Positions 59,600-64,000 of a stretch of 64,000 nucleotides of DNA are shown piece by piece. The stretch covers positions 80,826,397 through 80,890,396 of the forward strand of contig CM097887.1 in the NCBI GenBank assembly GCA_044892525.1, written 5' to 3'. Within the stretch, counting starts at the first letter, position 1. Each line of letters opens with the position of its first letter. A model generated the notes under the pieces. That model ran no database searches. It was not told where the DNA came from and was given only the letters and a program-made list of their open reading frames with translations. Made by a program: the position numbers and the translations under genes. The stretch is from Schmidtea polychroa. Taxonomy: Eukaryota.

Positions 59600-60189
59600 A
59601 TAAGCTACTTTCTTCGTAAAAATTTTGACACCGTTTGGTACCTTATTTACTGATCTTGTTTTCTTATTACTAAGCAAATTACCAGTAAACAGCATAATTC
59701 AGAAAATTGTGAGAAACAAAAAGTGTTCCTCGGTTTGGGTTTTAATAACAAAATGTTCATGCTTTTTTGATAAGACCCTACCCAAACCAGTTAGGTTAGA
59801 CCATGATAAAACGCCTTGCTTTAGCCATGATCATCAACAAAGCCCAGGGACTTCCACTGAAAGTTGCAGAAGTTAATCTGGGGAGCCCTGTTTTTCACAA
59901 GGTCAACTTTATGTTGCTTGGTCCATTGTTGGTTCAGCAAAAAACCTCTTTTGGTAGAATAAAAAATCATTGCCTATCAAAATGCACTTTCTTAAAATTT
60001 AAGGTTGACAGAATCATTTTAAAATGTATTAATATTACGTTTTTTTTGTAGTTTTAAAATGTTTATAACATGTGATAGATATTTATAAAAAATAAATACT
60101 TTTAGAAAATAATGTGCGTTTTTTCTTAAAGAAAAAAACTTTACAACACAACTTATATTGCCCCGGGCAACGCCGGGTACCCAAGCTAG
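59600..60189 (+). mobile_element. Helitron 3' end with a PIF1-helicase remnant
   Basis: RLALAMIINKAQG (consensus RLAFAMTINKSQG). Hairpin CCCGG-GCAACG-CCGGG at 60162-60177, then CTAG|T at 60186-60190. Confidence 0.88.
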
Positions 60190-60680
60190 TTATAATAATA
60201 ATATTAAACCTTTAGATCCGAGATGTGGATAAATCCGACTACTATTGAATTGACCTTTGTTTCTACTTTTAACAACCCTTCGGGGAAAAAATTATTTTAA
60301 CATATACTGAATGTATTATGTTCACTTGGTCGTTTTACGCGTGTTTCAAATTTTCAAATCACAATTATATCTTTAACTTTTTTTGACGGATAATTGACAC
60401 ATTTCCTGACTTTTTATGAAATTTAATTCCGCACTTAAAGCGTTTATAATAATAATAATAATTGAAAAACGCCAACTAAGTATATAAAACAACATTGCGC
60501 TGTATATTTCGAACGCTTTTCAGTCTTCAGACTGCAAACCACATTAATAACTATTAACTGAAAAATAATTTATTTAAACGAATAAATCAATAATAATCGT
60601 CTTCAAACTGTGTCAAAATATTTCAAATAAAAATTTTTTATTTATAAAAACTTTTTTAAATCATGTAAAATTCTTTTTAA

Positions 60681-60762
60681 CCCTTTCGTGGACGCACTTT
60701 TTTAGTTGCTGTAGTATGACGCAGTAGTATGACGTGTATACACGTCATTGTCCATTAAAGGG
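60681..60762. mobile_element. 82-bp piggyBac-type MITE
   Basis: TTAA on both sides. TIR CCCTTTCGTGGAC / GTCCATTAAAGGG (11/13). Confidence 0.75.
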
Positions 60763-60899
60763 TTAAGAAACACAAAAACCATTATCATTATTTCAAAACA
60801 ATTCTCAAACTAAAATTAAATCAAAAATTAAAATTAAAAAATTTTCGTAAACCTTTTAGAAAACAACAAAATTATACCAAACACTTAATATTCAACAAT

Positions 60900-61991
60900 C
60901 AACATTACATTTTTAGGATTTAAAGATCTTATCAACAAGGCCTCACAAATTACTCGTTCTCAATAATTACTCAAAGTTTTCTCAATGATATTCAAATCTG
61001 AAATACCTATTTTTACTGATACACTTTCTAATATGATCATTAATTTTAGCCAATCTATTCACTATTTAATGCTCAAGAAGTAAAGTGCTGAGATGTCTGA
61101 GATGACATTACACCCATTGCATGAAAATTGATACAAGAAATCAGAATTTGGAATTTATTAGAGAATATTATACTAACTTTGCAAGATGTGGAAACAATCC
61201 TAAACTGAGTCTTGTCTACATGTTAGAGGATCTTGTGCCTCAATTCTCTGAAGATCTCTGAATAAGGCAGTACCAAAACATATTTCGGCTCTGTGTAATT
61301 AGATCGATTTTGTCACCATCCGAACTTGACAATTTCAGAATCAATGGGTTCTTTACTTTCAGACGTTCATAAACAAAGAATTTAAGAATTCAACACCTAC
61401 TTACCAATAGTCTCTTTCACATCCGATCAAGAAAAGATTTAGATTATCCATTTTTAAGTAACAACACCATAAGAAACAATCACCATATTTTGCTATAATT
61501 GAATTCACAAAAGCTCTCCGCCATAGTATAAAGACCAGTATCAATCACTTTTCTGTATTTTCCTCTCTCATAATTTTACTCCTTTCTTTGAAATTCTAAA
61601 AATCAATCGATGACATTTCTCTTCACACTTGAATTTCATATTTGTATACAAATCATTCATATAATCCATAAAAGGCCTTACACTTTCCCGACTTAAAAAT
61701 ACCAAAAAAATATCAATAGCATACCGTCTAGTACAGTTGGAAGTCATTATTGGAGTTAATTGAGTACCCATCCGCCTGTTTATACCACACATTATCAAAA
61801 TGAAAATCCACATTCGAAATTGCAAATTCAAGTAATTTACGAAATGCAAACTCATCAACTTTTTCATGTTCAAAAACATTTTCTTTCCACATCCTGCGAC
61901 ATAAATCAATCATTTCCACTAATGACACATTCGTGTAAAGACTACAAACGTAAAATGAAACCACAAATTTATCTGTACTCTTATTATTCAA
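60900..61991 (-). pseudogene. Degenerate Penelope-like reverse transcriptase
   Basis: VSFYVCSLYTNVSL (SFDVxSLFTNVP), F.FDNVWYKQADG and RYAIDIF (RYVDDIF). Confidence 0.75.
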
Positions 61992-62417
61992 TTATGCAAT
62001 AAACGTTTGAATTATTCATACATTAGAAATCTGAACTTATTAAAGGTTTTAATACCCCATCCAAAAATAGTTGTTAACATAATTAGGAGCATGGGAAAGT
62101 GATAAGCGATCGAAATATATAGCGTAATTATAGAGTAANNNNNNNNNNNNNNNNNNNNNNNNNNNNNNNNNNNNNNNNNNNNNNNNNNNNNNNNNNNNNN
62201 NNNNNNNNNNNNNNNNNNNNNNNNNNNNNNNNNNNNNNNNNNNNNNNNNNNNNNNNNNNNNNNNNNNNNNNNNNNNNNNNNNNNNNNNNNNNNNNNNNNN
62301 NNNNNNNNNNNNNNNNNNNNNNNNNNNNNNNNNNNNNNNNNNNNNNNNNNNNNNNNNNNNNNNNNNNNNNAAATAATTTAAATTCATTTGTTTTGATAAG
62401 ATTCGGTTTTGTTGTCA

Positions 62418-64000
62418 TTATTTTGTCGGTTTCATCAAATTTTGTGGCTTATCATTAAATTCCTCAATGATCCATTTCTGCATTGTGCTGGCCGAAGAGC
62501 ATTTACTTACAAGCAACTCTAGAGATTTTGAATTGATCTTAAGGCATTTTTGAGAAGGAATGTTGATAATATTATGGGAAGTGGAATTGTATTCCCATTT
62601 CTGATTTGGATTCTTGAGATCGCATTGACTCAGTATTAGACTTTCACTGGAGTTGGTATAATCAAAGCACAAATTTCTCCGACCCGGCCGAATCTCAAAA
62701 TCAGAAGTAAAAGAAAATCTTTTTTCTTTATTCTTTTCCAATTTCCCAATCTGATTGCATTGGTCAATTGCAACACGATCACCTTGTTTTTTATATTTTG
62801 AATCAACACAAATGCTGTCATCGGATTCCAGTATAATGGAACAATTGAGTTTCTCGGAAACCGGTAAAGGGGGATACAAATAAAGAATATCATATGCAAC
62901 ATTTTGCATAAACCAATCGAAGGACTTACAGTTCAGTTTTTGCCTTAATTTCTTCTGATCACTTATATCCCCACAATCAAATGAAGAATACTCCTCTAAA
63001 TGTCTTTGGTAAATGAATTTCTTCCAATTGTCCATCCAAATCTCTGCAATTCTCTTATAGTTTTTTTTTATATTTATGTCTTCTTGCTGAAAATCGAATG
63101 AATAGGTATCCTTCAATACACATCTGATTCTAGAACACGGAACATTCAGCATTCGTCCACCACACATCCAAATTTTAAATGACAATTCAAACTGTTCACC
63201 TCCCCAAATTCCTAAGCCTTCATCGTACCCTCCAAGTTCCCAAAACCAATTTCTGCTAATAGCAAAAATTCTACCCTGCATTATTGGATTATCAAAAGAG
63301 TCCTCTGGGTCTGTCTTATTATTTGGCAATCGAGGTAGTCTTTTGTAATTGAAATTCCAATCAAATGCTCCTCTCGTTCCCTCATCATGGGAATAGAGAA
63401 AAGAGTCAGTATCATTTATGTCAATAAACGGACAAGTTACAGTTTTATAGTTCTTTTTGATAGGTTCTAATAATGGAGGCAGCCAATTAACTCCAACTAT
63501 ACAATGCGAATCCATAAAGATCAATACCTCTCCTTTAGCAAGTTTTGCACCTAGTAATCTCGCTTTTATAAGACCATCTCGATTTATTTTTTGTATCACT
63601 CGAACGTTTTTAAAATGCTGAGAAACATAAGAATTTATTTTTGATCTCATATCCTTTTTTTCAGTGTTGTCATCTATTATTATTATTTCTTTGATTGACC
63701 GCCGTGGCGATCTCAACAATAACATGCGAGTTGTTCGCATAAGACTTTCCCAATCGATATCATAAAATGTTATGATAATTGATACAGAAGGTAAAGTTTT
63801 ATTGTATCTCAGCCATCGACATTTTGTTATTCTCAGTTCGTTTATGCTGCGATAAAGTGACTCTTTCTCTACGTCGAATGAATCGTTGTAACGGAGAGTT
63901 GTCTTCATTCCTTTCGTTGTTAGATCATTATTAACTGAATTTCTTACATTTTCTTGATTGGGTAAGTCATAATTTTCACGTTTGATTTCTTTTTTTGATA
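62418..64000 (-). CDS. GALNT: Polypeptide N-acetylgalactosaminyltransferase-like protein (GT-A plus ricin-B lectin), intronless here, N-terminus beyond the window
   Basis: LPSVSIII, GLIKARLLGA, FMDSHC (DxH), WLPPLL, WGGEQFELSFKIWMCGG and Cys-rich lectin repeats. The frame stays open upstream of 63908 to the window end. Confidence 0.92.
   Translation of the reverse strand, partial: SKKEIKRENYDLPNQENVRNSVNNDLTTKGMKTTLRYNDSFDVEKESLYRSINELRITKCRWLRYNKTLPSVSIIITFYDIDWESLMRTTRMLLLRSPRRSIKEIIIIDDNTEKKDMRSKINSYVSQHFKNVRVIQKINRDGLIKARLLGAKLAKGEVLIFMDSHCIVGVNWLPPLLEPIKKNYKTVTCPFIDINDTDSFLYSHDEGTRGAFDWNFNYKRLPRLPNNKTDPEDSFDNPIMQGRIFAISRNWFWELGGYDEGLGIWGGEQFELSFKIWMCGGRMLNVPCSRIRCVLKDTYSFDFQQEDINIKKNYKRIAEIWMDNWKKFIYQRHLEEYSSFDCGDISDQKKLRQKLNCKSFDWFMQNVAYDILYLYPPLPVSEKLNCSIILESDDSICVDSKYKKQGDRVAIDQCNQIGKLEKNKEKRFSFTSDFEIRPGRRNLCFDYTNSSESLILSQCDLKNPNQKWEYNSTSHNIINIPSQKCLKINSKSLELLVSKCSSASTMQKWIIEEFNDKPQNLMKPTK

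Noticed and set aside
4084-62418. ORFs spanning N runs (4084, 44741, 46452, 62049 etc.)
   Set aside because: Artefacts of assembly gaps.

Overview
AT-rich eukaryotic (animal) genomic DNA with several assembly gaps. Host genes: two paralogous tetraspanins with 45-51 nt introns (945-3301, 5' part outside the window; 49180-54756) and an intronless, divergent ppGalNAc-transferase (62418 to the window end, minus strand). The centre is a 30.3-kb Ty3/Gypsy-class LTR retroelement (12355-42618) with 3.75-kb near-identical LTRs, a 4-bp CTGT target-site duplication and a tRNA-Pro-like PBS. It inserted into the RFIDS motif of a Polinton/Maverick DNA polymerase gene. Its order is: IAP-type RING, gag with 3 CCHC knuckles, three ubiquitin-like domains, a Bcl-2-like domain, a chuvirus/gB-type (class III) envelope glycoprotein placed before protease-RT-RNaseH-integrase, ankyrin repeats and a membrane protein fused behind integrase, then a 3' cassette (full TRAF, coiled-coil ORFs, a small membrane protein). 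An additional ORF lies inside each LTR. This amounts to an apoptosis/TNF-NF-kB modulation kit like those of large DNA viruses, carried by a retroelement. This copy is dead: scattered stops, frameshifts and a hAT MITE in pol. It resembles the giant Burro Gypsy elements described in planarians and must be compared with them before claiming novelty. The rest is a transposon graveyard: Polinton relics (penton, pPolB) carrying two solo LTRs, plus pogo, Merlin, Helitron, piggyBac and hAT MITEs, Penelope-like pieces and a hammerhead ribozyme relic. All calls come from reading motifs by eye; no searches or alignments were run.
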